From Candidatus Omnitrophota bacterium (GTDB lineage: Bacteria; Omnitrophota; Gorgyraeia; Gygaellales; JAHJCI01), in assembly GCA_016783355.1 (NCBI GenBank), contig JADHWR010000001.1:6072-70071 (forward strand): 64,000 nucleotides of DNA, read 5' to 3'. The notes under the pieces are model-generated. The model saw nothing but the letters and a program-made list of their open reading frames with translations, did not search any database and was not told the DNA's origin. Positions 13,727-23,529 of the stretch are shown here, piece after piece; positions within the stretch are counted from its first letter, which is position 1, and every line of letters begins with the position of its first letter. Position numbers and translations under genes: made by a program.

Positions 13727-14150
13727 CTGAACCTACCTTAATCCCCATGCTTCGCGCTGTTCCTTCGACAATCTTCATTGCTTTATCCAGATTCTCCGTG
13801 TTTAAATCGCCCAATTTCTTTTTGGCAATTTCCTCAACTTGTTTTTTTGAAACCACGCCGATTGAATCTCGGCCTGCTGTCGCTGAGGCCTTGGCTAAAT
13901 TAGCCGCACGCTTTAAAAGGATAGAAGTAGGGGGGCTTTTTATAATAAAAGTAAAAGATCTGTCTTTATAAACACTGATCACAACGGGTAAAATCAGGTT
14001 TTCTTTGTCCTTTGTTTGTTCATTGAACTGCTTACAGAATTGCATGATATTAACACCGTGTTGGCCGAGGGTCGGACCCACAGGAGGCGCAGGATTTGCC
14101 GCACCTGCGGGAACATGCAATTTTATCTGCGCTTTAATTTGTTTTGCCAT
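13710..14150 (-). CDS. rplK: 50S ribosomal protein L11
   Basis: A 146 aa ORF reading [36 protein letters not shown], the L11 N-terminus. Confidence 0.95.
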   Translation of the reverse strand: MAKQIKAQIKLHVPAGAANPAPPVGPTLGQHGVNIMQFCKQFNEQTKDKENLILPVVISVYKDRSFTFIIKSPPTSILLKRAANLAKASATAGRDSIGVVSKKQVEEIAKKKLGDLNTENLDKAMKIVEGTARSMGIKVGSDEKTQ

Positions 14151-14677
14151 TATATCTTTTCAACCTGCCAATACTCCAGCTCTATGGGCGTTGCTCTTCC
14201 AAATATAGAAACAGTAACTTTGATCTTTCCCCGCTCAGGATTAGCCTCATCAACTGCTCCATTAAAATTCACGAACGGTCCTTCTGTTATGCGTACCTGC
14301 TCTCCTTGCTCAAAAGTAATCTTGGGGCTTGGCTTGACTTGAGTACTGGCCATTCTTTTTAGAATATTATCTACTTCTTCTTGTGAAACCGGTGTAGGCT
14401 TTTTGCCCGTGCCAATAAAACCAGTCACACCCGCTGACTTTCTAATCAAGGAATAAAGAGTATTGTTCAACTCTATCTTTAGCAGGAGGTAACCAGGAAA
14501 AAGCTTTCTCTGAGTTACCCTCTTTTTGCCTCCACGAATCTCAGATACCAGCTCTGTCGGTATAATAATTTCCGACATAAGATCCTCTACGCCCGCCTCT
14601 TTTGTTCTATATTCTAAGGTGCGCTTAACCTTTTCTTCGCTTCCTGCCTGACTATGAATGATATACCATTCTTTCAT
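14150..14677 (-). CDS. nusG: Transcription termination/antitermination factor NusG
   Basis: A 175 aa ORF with NGN and KOW domain sequence, placed between secE and rplK. Confidence 0.93.
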   Translation of the reverse strand: MKEWYIIHSQAGSEEKVKRTLEYRTKEAGVEDLMSEIIIPTELVSEIRGGKKRVTQRKLFPGYLLLKIELNNTLYSLIRKSAGVTGFIGTGKKPTPVSQEEVDNILKRMASTQVKPSPKITFEQGEQVRITEGPFVNFNGAVDEANPERGKIKVTVSIFGRATPIELEYWQVEKI

Positions 14678-14683
14678 TTGAAA

Positions 14684-14875
14684 TTAACGAAACAGCCAGC
14701 TTAAAATCCGTGACAAAAACAAATCAATGCTCCCAATAAAAGTAGCAACAATAAGAATAATGATAATCAAAGCGATTGTTGTGGCAATCAGCTCCTGACG
14801 AGTTGACCAGGAAACCTGTATCAATTCTGCCTTTACCTCTTTGAAAAAAATACCCGTTTTTTTAAATAAATTCAT
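14684..14875 (-). CDS. secE: Preprotein translocase subunit SecE
   Basis: A 63 aa ORF with a single C-terminal transmembrane segment in the conserved position upstream of nusG. Confidence 0.85.
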   Translation of the reverse strand: MNLFKKTGIFFKEVKAELIQVSWSTRQELIATTIALIIIILIVATFIGSIDLFLSRILSWLFR

Positions 14876-14885
14876 CTCAGCAAAA

Positions 14886-14956
14886 CAGGAGCGGCAGGAA
14901 TCGAACCCGCAGTCACGGTTTTGGAGACCGTTGGTTTACCGTTAACCGACGCTCCT
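14886..14956 (-). tRNA. tRNA-Trp (anticodon CCA)
   Basis: The minus-strand sequence folds as a cloverleaf with acceptor AGGAGCG/CGCTCCT, anticodon loop CTCCAAA and T-loop GGTTCGATTCC. It sits in the classical position upstream of secE. Confidence 0.85.
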
Positions 14957-14970
14957 TCAATGGGGCTCAC

Positions 14971-15120
14971 TTATTTTCTCTCCCGATGGACTGTATGCTT
15001 TCTACAAAACCGACAAAACTTTCTTAACTCCAAACGCTCAGTATGCTTCTTCTTATTTTTGGTTGTGGTAAAATTTTTATTACCACACTCTTTACATGCC
15101 AAGGTTATAATCTCACGCAT
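14971..15120 (-). CDS. rpmG: 50S ribosomal protein L33 (49 aa, below the ORF-track length cutoff)
   Basis: Manual translation gives [49 protein letters not shown], which has the L33 YTTTKNK...KLELKKF pattern. Confidence 0.85.
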   Translation of the reverse strand: MREIITLACKECGNKNFTTTKNKKKHTERLELRKFCRFCRKHTVHRERK

Positions 15121-15134
15121 AATTCTCAAACCTC

Positions 15135-15206
15135 AGCTGCTGATGGGGATTGAACCCATGGCCTCATCATTACCAATGATGTGCTCTACCACTGAGCTAC
15201 AGCAGC
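15135..15206 (-). tRNA. tRNA-Thr (anticodon GGT)
   Basis: Cloverleaf GCTGCTGTAGCTCAGTGGTAGAGCACATCATTGGTAATGATG...GGTTCAATCCCCATCAGCAGCT with anticodon loop TTGGTAA. Confidence 0.85.
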
Positions 15207-15224
15207 ATATGGACATAAAAAATT

Positions 15225-15252
15225 AGTTTAACATCAAAAGTTATTTTGTCAA
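15225..15252 (-). promoter_or_regulatory. Sigma-70-like promoter for the tRNA-Thr/rpmG/tRNA-Trp/secE-nusG-rplKAJL transcription unit
   Basis: On the minus strand: TTGACA, a 16 nt spacer, then TAAACT, about 18 nt upstream of the tRNA-Thr 5' end. Confidence 0.45.
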
Positions 15253-15302
15253 ATCTTTTTTGAAGATTTTTAAGGGACCTTTTAAAAATATTTTTAGGGG
15301 GA

Positions 15303-15656
15303 TTAAGCGGAAGTAATACGATTGTTCTCGCAAACAAAGACAGTCTGTGGTTTTATTGTTTTTGCCTCATTTTCATCTACTAAGGCATAAGCAAGAATAA
15401 CTATTTCATCCCCTACATAACCAGAACGTGCAGCAGGGCCATTAAGGCAGACCTTTCCTGAATTCTCGGCTGCAGGGATAGCATATGTTTCAATACGTGA
15501 ACCATTATTAAGATTCAAAACTTCAACCTTTTCACCCTCCATAATATTAGCTGCCCGAAGAAGCGCCTTATCAACAGTAATGCTGCCTGAATAAAAAAGC
15601 GCAACCTCAGTTACCTTTACTCTATGTATTTTTGACTTTAATACTGTAATTAACAT
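15303..15656 (-). CDS. panD: Aspartate 1-decarboxylase
   Basis: A 117 aa ORF reading MLITVLKSKIHRVKVTE...YSGSITVD, the PanD pyruvoyl-enzyme family with a Gly-Ser cleavage site. Confidence 0.9.
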   Translation of the reverse strand: MLITVLKSKIHRVKVTEVALFYSGSITVDKALLRAANIMEGEKVEVLNLNNGSRIETYAIPAAENSGKVCLNGPAARSGYVGDEIVILAYALVDENEAKTIKPQTVFVCENNRITSA

Positions 15657-15672
15657 TATGTTTAGCCCAACC

Positions 15673-16326
15673 TTATTCTAAGGCCTTTAAAAGCTCCTCA
15701 CCGAACTCTTTAGCTGCAAATGGACCAGCGGCAGTAATAATATTGCCATCTCTTACTACAGCTCCCCCTGTATAGTTAGCTCCTGCTTGTTGTAACTTCC
15801 CTGCTTCACTTGACCAAACAGTGGCAGATTTACCTTTAAGTAAGCCTGCCTTCGCCAGGATTACAGGAGCAATACAAATTGCGCCAACGATTTTATTTGC
15901 GGCAGAGGCATCCAATGCAATCTTATGGGCTTTGGCATTATCCCAATAAACGCTTGCACCACTGCCACCTATAAAAACCACAGCATCAAAATCAAAAGGA
16001 CTTAGCTCTTCAATCGTTAAATCAGGCTTTATTTTTGCTCCTAACATGCCCTGGGCATAATCTTGCGTAAAAGCAGCAACCTTAACTTCACAGCCTGCAT
16101 CCTCTAAAACCTGTTTGGGAATAAGTAGCTCTTCATCTCTGAAATTTTTCTGCGCAATAATCATCACTACTTTTTTCATCTCTTGGCCTCCTGCCTGCCC
16201 CGTTAGAAACTTTGTTTTTAACGGGGCCTGCGCCCAAACAACCTTTAAGAAAAAGGCACAAAAAAATCCAACCATTAAGCAAAAAACTGTTGTCCATTTC
16301 TGAAGTAGAACAAGATTCTTATTCAA
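15673..16326 (-). CDS. DJ-1/PfpI family protein. The start is ambiguous: either the long ORF has a signal-peptide-like N-terminus, or translation starts at the internal MKKVVMII
   Basis: The class I glutamine amidotransferase-like DJ-1 core has the nucleophile-elbow context ICIAP. A family-1 mini-element lies in the N-terminal extension at 16198-16226. Confidence 0.8.
   Translation of the reverse strand: MNKNLVLLQKWTTVFCLMVGFFCAFFLKVVWAQAPLKTKFLTGQAGGQEMKKVVMIIAQKNFRDEELLIPKQVLEDAGCEVKVAAFTQDYAQGMLGAKIKPDLTIEELSPFDFDAVVFIGGSGASVYWDNAKAHKIALDASAANKIVGAICIAPVILAKAGLLKGKSATVWSSEAGKLQQAGANYTGGAVVRDGNIITAAGPFAAKEFGEELLKALE
16198..16226. mobile_element. Family-1 miniature palindromic element (29 bp) flanked by CCTG direct repeats, in the 5' part of the DJ-1/PfpI ORF
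   Basis: The sequence is CCCCGTTAGAAAC-TTTG-TTTTTAACGGGG. CCTG occurs at 16194-16197 and again at 16227-16230. Confidence 0.6.
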
Positions 16327-17389
16327 CGCGCTTTTTCGTAATTAAATTGTAGGTCTTGCAGGCAATCATTAATTCCTCATTTGTTGCCACAACTAAAATT
16401 TTTGGTATTTCTTTAAAATAAGAAAAGAGGTCTTGGCAGATTTTTTCTCGAAGATTAGCCTCATTTTCACCTATGCCTGCGGTAAATATTACTGCATCGC
16501 AACCACCCATAATCCCTGCGTAGGCACTAATATACTTTCTGATACGATAAACAAAAACATCAATTGCCAAACGTGCGCGTTTGTTGCCATTTTGGGCTTC
16601 CTTTTCTATGATGCGCATATCATTGCTCAGGCCGGAAATTCCCTTTAATCCACTTTTTTTATTGAGAACATTTTCTACCTTTTTGCTATCCCAATGTCTT
16701 TCATGTTGCAAATAAGTAATTATTGCCGGGTCAATATCCCCGCAGCGTGTACCCATAATTAAACCCTCTAATGGCGTAAAACCCATACTTGTATCAATGA
16801 CCTTACCAAACTTTATTGCGGTGATACTACAACCATTGCCTAAATGACAGGTAATCAGCTTTAATTTTGCCAAAGACCGGCCTAATCTCCTCGCTGCCTC
16901 CTGGGCAACATACTCATGACTCGATCCGTGAAAACCATATCTTCTTATTGCATACTGCTGATAAAAGCGATAAGGCAAACCGTAGATATAGGCGTATTCT
17001 GGCAATGTTTGATGATAAGCAGTATCAAAAACAGCGACCTGAGGAACAGCACCCATTAGTTTCTTACAAGCACGGACACCAGCTAAATTTGCTGGATTAT
17101 GCAAAGGTGCAAGCAAACAACAACGCCGGATATCAAGAATAACCTCCTTGTTAATCAAAACCGGCTTTTTAAACTGCTCGCCACCGTGAACAACACGATG
17201 ACCAATACCGTCAACCTTGTGTTTAATCGAAGATAAAACCACCTTAAGCCCGGCGTAATGATTCTTTGTCTTTGCGTCCTTTTCTCCAATATGGTCGATT
17301 AGACCTCTTTCTAATACCTCTTGCTTAGGCATGGAAAAGAGCTCATATTTAATAGAAGAGCTGCCACAATTAATAACCAAAATATTCAT
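16319..17389 (-). CDS. ackA: Acetate kinase. The likely start is MNILVINCGSSS, which overlaps the pta stop
   Basis: The NCGSSS(I/L)K N-terminal motif and the HGSSHEYV motif identify the acetate/propionate kinase family. The gene is adjacent to pta. Confidence 0.85.
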   Translation of the reverse strand: MNILVINCGSSSIKYELFSMPKQEVLERGLIDHIGEKDAKTKNHYAGLKVVLSSIKHKVDGIGHRVVHGGEQFKKPVLINKEVILDIRRCCLLAPLHNPANLAGVRACKKLMGAVPQVAVFDTAYHQTLPEYAYIYGLPYRFYQQYAIRRYGFHGSSHEYVAQEAARRLGRSLAKLKLITCHLGNGCSITAIKFGKVIDTSMGFTPLEGLIMGTRCGDIDPAIITYLQHERHWDSKKVENVLNKKSGLKGISGLSNDMRIIEKEAQNGNKRARLAIDVFVYRIRKYISAYAGIMGGCDAVIFTAGIGENEANLREKICQDLFSYFKEIPKILVVATNEELMIACKTYNLITKKRVE

Positions 17390-18321
17390 TTTTGTGCCCG
17401 TATTGCTGTTACTGCCACACAATCAACAATATCTTCAACACTACAACTACGCGAAAGATCAGAACACGGCCTTTTCAGACCCAAAAGCAAGGGTCCTAAT
17501 GCACGAGCTCGAGCTAAACGCTGCACCAATTTATAACTAATGTTTCCTGCTTCTAAATCAGGAAAGATAAGTACGTTTGCCCTTCCGGCTAAAACCTTAT
17601 CTGCCTGTTTTATACGCGCAAACTCAGGGATGATTGCTGCATCAACCTGCAGCTCTCCATCAATTAAAAGTTGTGGTCTTATCGAACAAGCAATATTTAG
17701 TGCCTCTTTTATCCGATCAATCTCCCAGCCACTTGCTGAATTTTTAGTAGAATAACTTAAGAAAGCCACTCGTGGCTCTATAGCCAGAACCTTCTCGGTG
17801 AATTGCGCTGCTTCTATTGCAATATAGGCAAGCTGCTCAGGGCTTGGTTGAGGAATAATGCCGCAGTCCGCAAAAACAAAAACTCCCTCTTCGCCGTAAG
17901 AGCAATTTGGCACAATCATAACAAAGCAACTTGAGGCAATACCCATTTGCTCATCAATTCCTAAACAGTGAATTGCTGCCCGGGCAACCTCTGAAGTTGA
18001 ATGAGAAGCACCCGCAACAAAGCCATCTGCTTGCGCCTCTCTAACCATCATTGCTGCATAATAGAGTAGCGAAGATAGTGCTTTGCGGCTGTCTTCAAGG
18101 CTATCCCCCTTAGCTTTACGCAAAGAAAAAAAATCCTCTGTATATCTTTTTTGCTTTTCTTTATCAATATTCTCTGGTGTTAAAAGACAAATCTTGGCAA
18201 TCCCTTCTTTTTCAATAATCTGCGCTGCCTGCTTTACCCGCTGATCATCATATTCAGGCAGAACAATCCTCTTTCTTGTTGCTTTCGCACGTTCTCTTAT
18301 CTTGCTAATTATATCAGACAT
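17386..18321 (-). CDS. pta: Phosphate acetyltransferase, short 311 aa form
   Basis: Phosphate acetyl/butyryl transferase fold (..VLPEYDDQRV.. .GASHSTS..), placed upstream of ackA. Confidence 0.85.
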   Translation of the reverse strand: MSDIISKIRERAKATRKRIVLPEYDDQRVKQAAQIIEKEGIAKICLLTPENIDKEKQKRYTEDFFSLRKAKGDSLEDSRKALSSLLYYAAMMVREAQADGFVAGASHSTSEVARAAIHCLGIDEQMGIASSCFVMIVPNCSYGEEGVFVFADCGIIPQPSPEQLAYIAIEAAQFTEKVLAIEPRVAFLSYSTKNSASGWEIDRIKEALNIACSIRPQLLIDGELQVDAAIIPEFARIKQADKVLAGRANVLIFPDLEAGNISYKLVQRLARARALGPLLLGLKRPCSDLSRSCSVEDIVDCVAVTAIRAQK

Positions 18322-18384
18322 AATTACTTAAGATACTATAGATTTTATCTATATGCAAGCAAGAAAATCACTTCGTGATATCTT

Positions 18385-19005
18385 TTATCCTTTTATCTTC
18401 CTCATAAACTGCTTGAGCTTAATCGGGTCTTTCTTGCCCGGATATATCTCAAGCGAGCTTGAGGCATCTATCCACTGAGGATGAACAATCTCTATTGCCC
18501 TTTTTATATTGTCGGGGTTAAGTCCGCCAGAAAGAAACAGGCACTTGCCTGTCACCCTAAAAAAACCTTTGAGGGCCTGCCAATTAAATGTCTTGCCTGT
18601 TCCGCCAAATTGACAAGGAGTGAAACTATCAAATAAGTATGCCCACACATCTTTATATTTAAATATGCTTTTGGGTTTTATTTTATCTTTTATGCGAAAT
18701 GCCTTGATTACTTTATAATCCTTAAAACAAGAGCAGAATTCGGCAGATTCTTTTCCATGGAATTGCAAGACATCTAATTTTAGGTCTTTAGCAATCCTCC
18801 TAATTGTTGACTTTCGTGTATTCACAAATACTCCAATTCTTAATATCCTGCGGGGTAGCTTTTGTAAAATCTGTTTTGCTTTGACAGGATTTATATAGCG
18901 TGGGCTCTTTCTGTAAAAGATAAAACCCAGAGCATCTGCGCCAAACTTAGTGGCGCTTAAGGCATCTTCTAAGTTGGTTATTCCGCAAATCTTAACCTTT
19001 GTCAT
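18385..19005 (-). CDS. trpF: Phosphoribosylanthranilate isomerase. The likely start is MTKVKICGIT; the longer ORF runs to 19083
   Basis: VKICGIT...ADALGFIF PRAI motifs. Confidence 0.85.
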   Translation of the reverse strand: MTKVKICGITNLEDALSATKFGADALGFIFYRKSPRYINPVKAKQILQKLPRRILRIGVFVNTRKSTIRRIAKDLKLDVLQFHGKESAEFCSCFKDYKVIKAFRIKDKIKPKSIFKYKDVWAYLFDSFTPCQFGGTGKTFNWQALKGFFRVTGKCLFLSGGLNPDNIKRAIEIVHPQWIDASSSLEIYPGKKDPIKLKQFMRKIKG

Positions 19006-19018
19006 GGATGGAAGGTGG

Positions 19019-19804
19019 TCAGACTCTAAAGATTTCCTGAATCTTTGACTTGATATCTTCGGCAGCCATAAATGTCTCACCAATTAAAACAGCTTTTACC
19101 CCTAAGACTTTTAGGAATAATATATCCTGATGGCTCTTAATTCCGCTCTCAATAACGACAATCTTTCCGCTGGGAACAAGAGGAAATAACCTTTCCACAG
19201 TCCGCGGGTCCATCTCCAGGGTATGTAAATTGCGGTTATTTATCCCAATCAAGTCTGCGCCTGCCTTCAGTGCCTTTTTTAAATCCTTTTCTGAACTTAC
19301 CTCAACAAGGCAGTCTAAATTGAGGTCCTTTGCTAATCCGAGAAACTCTCCCAATAAAGCCTGCGGTAATAAATCGGCAATTAAGAGTATTGCATCAGCG
19401 CCAAATGCCCTTGATTCATAAATCTGATAAGGGTCAAAGATGAAGTCTTTTCTTAAGAGAGGTAAATCTACGGTATCGCGTATCTGACTGAGATAATTTA
19501 TATCACCTTGAAAATAATCCTCCTCTGTTAAAACAGATATACAAGAGACGCCAGCCTCTTCATAGATCAAGGCAATCTCTTTTGCATCAAAATCTTTACG
19601 GATAAGCCCTGCACTGGGAGAGGCCTTTTTGATTTCAGCAATAAGGGATAATTTGTGGGGTTTATTTATCGCCTTAATAAATGGTCGCCGCGGCCCAGAA
19701 TTCCTGGCTCTTGCTAATAACTCATTTTCCTTAATCGCAAGTTTAGCCTGAGTAAGTCTTTCCCTTTTCTTGGCAACAATTTCATAGAGAATATCTTTTT
19801 TCAT
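19019..19804 (-). CDS. trpC: Indole-3-glycerol phosphate synthase
   Basis: A 261 aa ORF with IAEIKKASPS(A)G and typical IGPS barrel sequence. Confidence 0.9.
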   Translation of the reverse strand: MKKDILYEIVAKKRERLTQAKLAIKENELLARARNSGPRRPFIKAINKPHKLSLIAEIKKASPSAGLIRKDFDAKEIALIYEEAGVSCISVLTEEDYFQGDINYLSQIRDTVDLPLLRKDFIFDPYQIYESRAFGADAILLIADLLPQALLGEFLGLAKDLNLDCLVEVSSEKDLKKALKAGADLIGINNRNLHTLEMDPRTVERLFPLVPSGKIVVIESGIKSHQDILFLKVLGVKAVLIGETFMAAEDIKSKIQEIFRV

Positions 19805-19807
19805 CTT

Positions 19808-20896
19808 CTATCGCGAATATTGACGTAACAACTCCAATTTTTCCAACGCCTTGCCAGAATCAATTGTCTCTTTAGCTAAATTTAGTGCCTCTTTCAGGTC
19901 TCCTGCCTTTCCTCCTAAATAAAGACCAGCAGCAGCATTAAAAACAACAATATCCCTTTTTGCCCCTTTCTCTTTACCTGTTAGTATATCGGTTAGAATC
20001 TTACTGTTTCCCTTGATTGTCTTACCAGATAACTCCTCAGGATGGACTAATCTAAGGCCGAAATCCCGGGGATCTATGAAGTAGTTCTTAATCCTGCCCT
20101 CAAGGGTTAACTCAGAGACCTTGGTTTTGCCTAAAGTTGAAATCTCATCCATTCCACGTTTCGCTTCTCTATCATACCCATAGACAACCATTGCTCTACT
20201 TGCACCTAAAAGCTTAAGGGCTTGGGCAAGCATTGGTGTCAACTGCGGTTGATTTACCCCTAATAACTGAATTACCTGCGGCTGTCTCAGTTTCTTGCCT
20301 TGCTTTCTTAAGGAAGAAAAAACAGGATTAACCAGCGGCCCAAGAATATTAAACACAGTAGGAATACCTAATTCCCGACGAACCTTTTGCACATTCTTAA
20401 AGGCCTGATGATATAAAGGTGCAAAGATAAAGGAAATACCTATCTCCTTTAAAGCCACAACTGCCTTTATCGGCTCCATATAGATATTAATCCCTAAGTT
20501 TTCTAATATATCCGCACTTCCGCATCTGGAGGTGATGGCACGATTTCCGTGTTTGGCAACCGTTATCCCATTAGCAGCTAAAATAAACATGACTGTTGTC
20601 GAAATGTTGAAAGTATTAATTGTTCCTCCTCCTGTGCCACAGGTGTCCCCTAATATTGATACCTCTTTTATCTGTCGCGTGGGGATCTGACGGGCCATGC
20701 TTCTTAATCTAAAAGCAAAACTGGCAAGCTCCCTTGCATTTACTTGCTTTATTTGCAGGGCAGTCAAAAAGGCAGCCTGCTCGGCCTCTTTGACCTTGCC
20801 GGACATAAGTGTTGTCATTGCCAAAGACGCATCCCTGGGCGATAAATCCCTTCCCTCCATAAGTTGCTCAATATAAATTGTTAATGATTGCTTCAT
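19808..20896 (-). CDS. trpD: Anthranilate phosphoribosyltransferase
   Basis: A 362 aa ORF with the GTGGD-like motif (GDTCGTGGG) and TrpD family sequence. Confidence 0.9.
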   Translation of the reverse strand: MKQSLTIYIEQLMEGRDLSPRDASLAMTTLMSGKVKEAEQAAFLTALQIKQVNARELASFAFRLRSMARQIPTRQIKEVSILGDTCGTGGGTINTFNISTTVMFILAANGITVAKHGNRAITSRCGSADILENLGINIYMEPIKAVVALKEIGISFIFAPLYHQAFKNVQKVRRELGIPTVFNILGPLVNPVFSSLRKQGKKLRQPQVIQLLGVNQPQLTPMLAQALKLLGASRAMVVYGYDREAKRGMDEISTLGKTKVSELTLEGRIKNYFIDPRDFGLRLVHPEELSGKTIKGNSKILTDILTGKEKGAKRDIVVFNAAAGLYLGGKAGDLKEALNLAKETIDSGKALEKLELLRQYSR

Positions 20897-21456
20897 AGCT
20901 TTAAAAAGTTTCCTAGGATATCCTTACCAACCTTTGTCAATATTGACTCAGGATGAAATTGCACACCCCATAGAGGAAATTTGCGGTGTTTTAGAGCCAT
21001 AATCTCTTTATCTTTTGTCCGGGCAATCACCTTCAAGACACGAGGTAAGTTCTTATTACTTACGCTCAAAGAATGATACCGCGTCGCCTCAAAAGGAGAG
21101 GGAATATTCTTAAAGATATCCTTGCCATTATGGAAAATTTGTGAGGTTTTTCCGTGCATCAGTCTCCTTGCCTGCACAATCTTTGCTCCAAAAACATATC
21201 CTAAGCATTGATGGCCAAGACAGACTCCTAAAACAGGAATTTTACCGGCAAATTCTTTAATTAGATGAGTCGATATCCCCGCATTTTCTGGTCTTCCTGG
21301 ACCAGGAGAGATAACAATCTGCTGAGGTTTCAGTTGTCTAATCTGTGTTATGCTAATTTTGTCATTTCTAAATACCCTTAATCTTGCGCCCAGCTCGCCC
21401 AGGTATTGAACAAGATTATAGGTAAAGGAGTCGTAGTTGTCAATTACTAATATCAA
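20893..21456 (-). CDS. trpG: Anthranilate synthase component II / glutamine amidotransferase
   Basis: A 187 aa ORF with IDNYDSFTYNL and a GVCLGHQ catalytic Cys context. Confidence 0.9.
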   Translation of the reverse strand: MILVIDNYDSFTYNLVQYLGELGARLRVFRNDKISITQIRQLKPQQIVISPGPGRPENAGISTHLIKEFAGKIPVLGVCLGHQCLGYVFGAKIVQARRLMHGKTSQIFHNGKDIFKNIPSPFEATRYHSLSVSNKNLPRVLKVIARTKDKEIMALKHRKFPLWGVQFHPESILTKVGKDILGNFLKL

Positions 21457-22715
21457 ACTTTGTGCCTCCGGATTTTTGCTCCAACGCTTCTTAATTTTCC
21501 CTCCAGATTATCATAGCCCCGCTCAAGATGATAAATACGCAAAATTTGCGTCTTTGCGCGTGCTGCCAATCCAGCTAAGATAAGGCTTGCCGAAGCCCTC
21601 AGGTCTGAAGCCATAACCTTTGCGCCTGAGAGCCTCTTTACCCCTTCGACAATCGCATAGGGTCCTTCGCGTTTAATTCGTGTCCCCATTCGATTAAGTT
21701 CAGCGATATGCATAAATCGATCAGGATAAACCTTCTCTGTAATTATGCTTACTCCCGGTGTCACAGCCATCAGAGCCATCATCTGTGCCTGCATATCAGT
21801 GGGAAATCCAGGATAAGGGAGGGTGGTAATATTTACTGGTTTTAACTGAGCGCGGGCTTTAATTACAAGGCAATGCTCAGACTTCTTAATCCACGCTCCT
21901 GCCTGTTCCAATTTATCAATTACTGCACCAAAATGACGCCAATTAACGTTCTTAAGTTTCAGTTCGCCCTTCGTAATCAAACTGGCAATCATAAATGTCC
22001 CTGCCTCGATACGGTCAGGGATAATCTTATGTGTTGCGCCATAGAGTAACTTTTTTCCTCTGATCTCTATAATTGGCGTGCCTGCTCCCTTAATTTCTGC
22101 CCCCATCTTAATCAGAAACTCTGCCAAATCAACAACCTCTGGTTCACAGGCAGCGCCTTCAATAGTAGTCGTGCCAGAAGCTAATGTCCCTGCCATCATC
22201 ACATTTGCTGTTGCCAGAACAGAAGAGCCAAATTCGCCCTCTAAAAATATGTGATTACCGCAAAGTCCCTTTGTCTTTCCCAAAACATAGCCGCTATTAA
22301 TATCAATATCTGCACCCAGAGAAGATAATCCCTTAAGATGTAAGTCAACTGGCCGCACACCAATAACACAACCACCAGGCAAAGAGACCTTTGCCTTTTT
22401 TAACTTTGCTAAAAGAGGCCCGAGCACGCAAAAGGAGGCGCGCATTGTCGAAACCAACCGATAATCGGCAATCCACCGGGTCTTCTTTGTGTGTCTTACG
22501 CAGATTCTGCCATCTTGAAAATCTACGGATTTGCCCAGACTGCGCAATATCTTGATCATTGTCTGGGTATCGCGAAGCCTGGGTGCACCCTCTATATTAC
22601 AGGGCTCCTCAGTCAGAAGTGTTGCTGCTAAAATTGGCAGGAGGGCATTCTTTGCGCCAGAAATTGTAACTTCGCCTTTTAATCTGTGGTCGCCTTCAAT
22701 AATCAACTTATCCAT
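21453..22715 (-). CDS. murA: UDP-N-acetylglucosamine 1-carboxyvinyltransferase
   Basis: A 420 aa ORF with ISGAKNALLPILAA and EPSP-synthase fold sequence. Confidence 0.92.
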   Translation of the reverse strand: MDKLIIEGDHRLKGEVTISGAKNALLPILAATLLTEEPCNIEGAPRLRDTQTMIKILRSLGKSVDFQDGRICVRHTKKTRWIADYRLVSTMRASFCVLGPLLAKLKKAKVSLPGGCVIGVRPVDLHLKGLSSLGADIDINSGYVLGKTKGLCGNHIFLEGEFGSSVLATANVMMAGTLASGTTTIEGAACEPEVVDLAEFLIKMGAEIKGAGTPIIEIRGKKLLYGATHKIIPDRIEAGTFMIASLITKGELKLKNVNWRHFGAVIDKLEQAGAWIKKSEHCLVIKARAQLKPVNITTLPYPGFPTDMQAQMMALMAVTPGVSIITEKVYPDRFMHIAELNRMGTRIKREGPYAIVEGVKRLSGAKVMASDLRASASLILAGLAARAKTQILRIYHLERGYDNLEGKLRSVGAKIRRHKV

Positions 22716-23529
22716 TTTGTGCCACGATTACCCTGTCTATCCCCTGATAATCCTTAACCACATCTATTATCTTAAACTTCTTTGACTTCTTTATCAATTC
22801 TTTTATCGGCTCGCATTGGCCAAATCCCATTTCCATTATTAAAAAACCATGCTTTTTTAAATAACAACCTGCCTGCGCAATTATGCGAGGATAGAATTCT
22901 AATCCATCTCTGCCACCGTCTAAGGCAACCCTTGGCTCGCAGCACACCTCTGACGATAATGCTTCTATCTCAGCAGTAGGAACATAGGGAGGATTGCTTA
23001 CAATCAAAGTGAAAGGTGAAAAGTGAAAGGTGAAAAGTGAAAATAAATCCCCTTGAATAAATTTAACATTATCGAGGTTATTTAGTCTTGCATTATCCTC
23101 TGCTATTTCTAATGCTTCACCTGAGATATCTATACCGATTACTGCACAATGAGGTAAGAATTTTGCCAAAGATATGGCAATATTTCCGCTGCCTGTTCCC
23201 AAATCTAATACCCTTAACCTTTTACCTTTTACCTTTTCCCGCCTCTTCCCGCCTCTGGCGGGAAACCCTTTACCTATATTTAACGCTGTTTCTACCAAAA
23301 TCTCTGTTTCGGGCCGCGGTATAAAAACATCAGGGGTCAATCGTAATTTTGAATCCATAAATTCTATTTGACCTAAGATATAGTGAATCGGTCTTCCCTT
23401 GCATCTTTGCCTCAAAACACTGGCAATAAACCGACCTTGCTCCCGGCTAATCTTTTTTTGACGATTAAGATAAACCTCGGTTCGGTTATAATTCAAAAGG
23501 TCTGTAAATAATAGCTCTGCTTCATTCAT
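22708..23529 (-). CDS. prmC: Release factor glutamine methyltransferase PrmC/HemK. It contains in-frame low-complexity tracts
   Basis: NPPY motif (SNPPYVP) and [11 protein letters not shown]-binding motif, placed downstream of prfA. Confidence 0.88.
   Translation of the reverse strand: MNEAELLFTDLLNYNRTEVYLNRQKKISREQGRFIASVLRQRCKGRPIHYILGQIEFMDSKLRLTPDVFIPRPETEILVETALNIGKGFPARGGKRREKVKGKRLRVLDLGTGSGNIAISLAKFLPHCAVIGIDISGEALEIAEDNARLNNLDNVKFIQGDLFSLFTFHFSPFTLIVSNPPYVPTAEIEALSSEVCCEPRVALDGGRDGLEFYPRIIAQAGCYLKKHGFLIMEMGFGQCEPIKELIKKSKKFKIIDVVKDYQGIDRVIVAQNG

Noticed and set aside
15249-15275. Short hairpin AAATCTT-TTTT-GAAGATTT downstream of panD as a terminator
   Set aside because: It is not followed by a U-run on the relevant (minus) strand, and it overlaps the proposed -35 region of the tRNA-Thr promoter.
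22990-23046. GTGAAAGGTGAAAAG tandem tract inside prmC, also seen as TTTCACCTTTCACC near 24946
   Set aside because: This is an in-frame low-complexity tract (..[12 protein letters not shown]..) with the same length as the corresponding E. coli PrmC segment. It is not an insertion, and the shared heptamer is probably a compositional coincidence.
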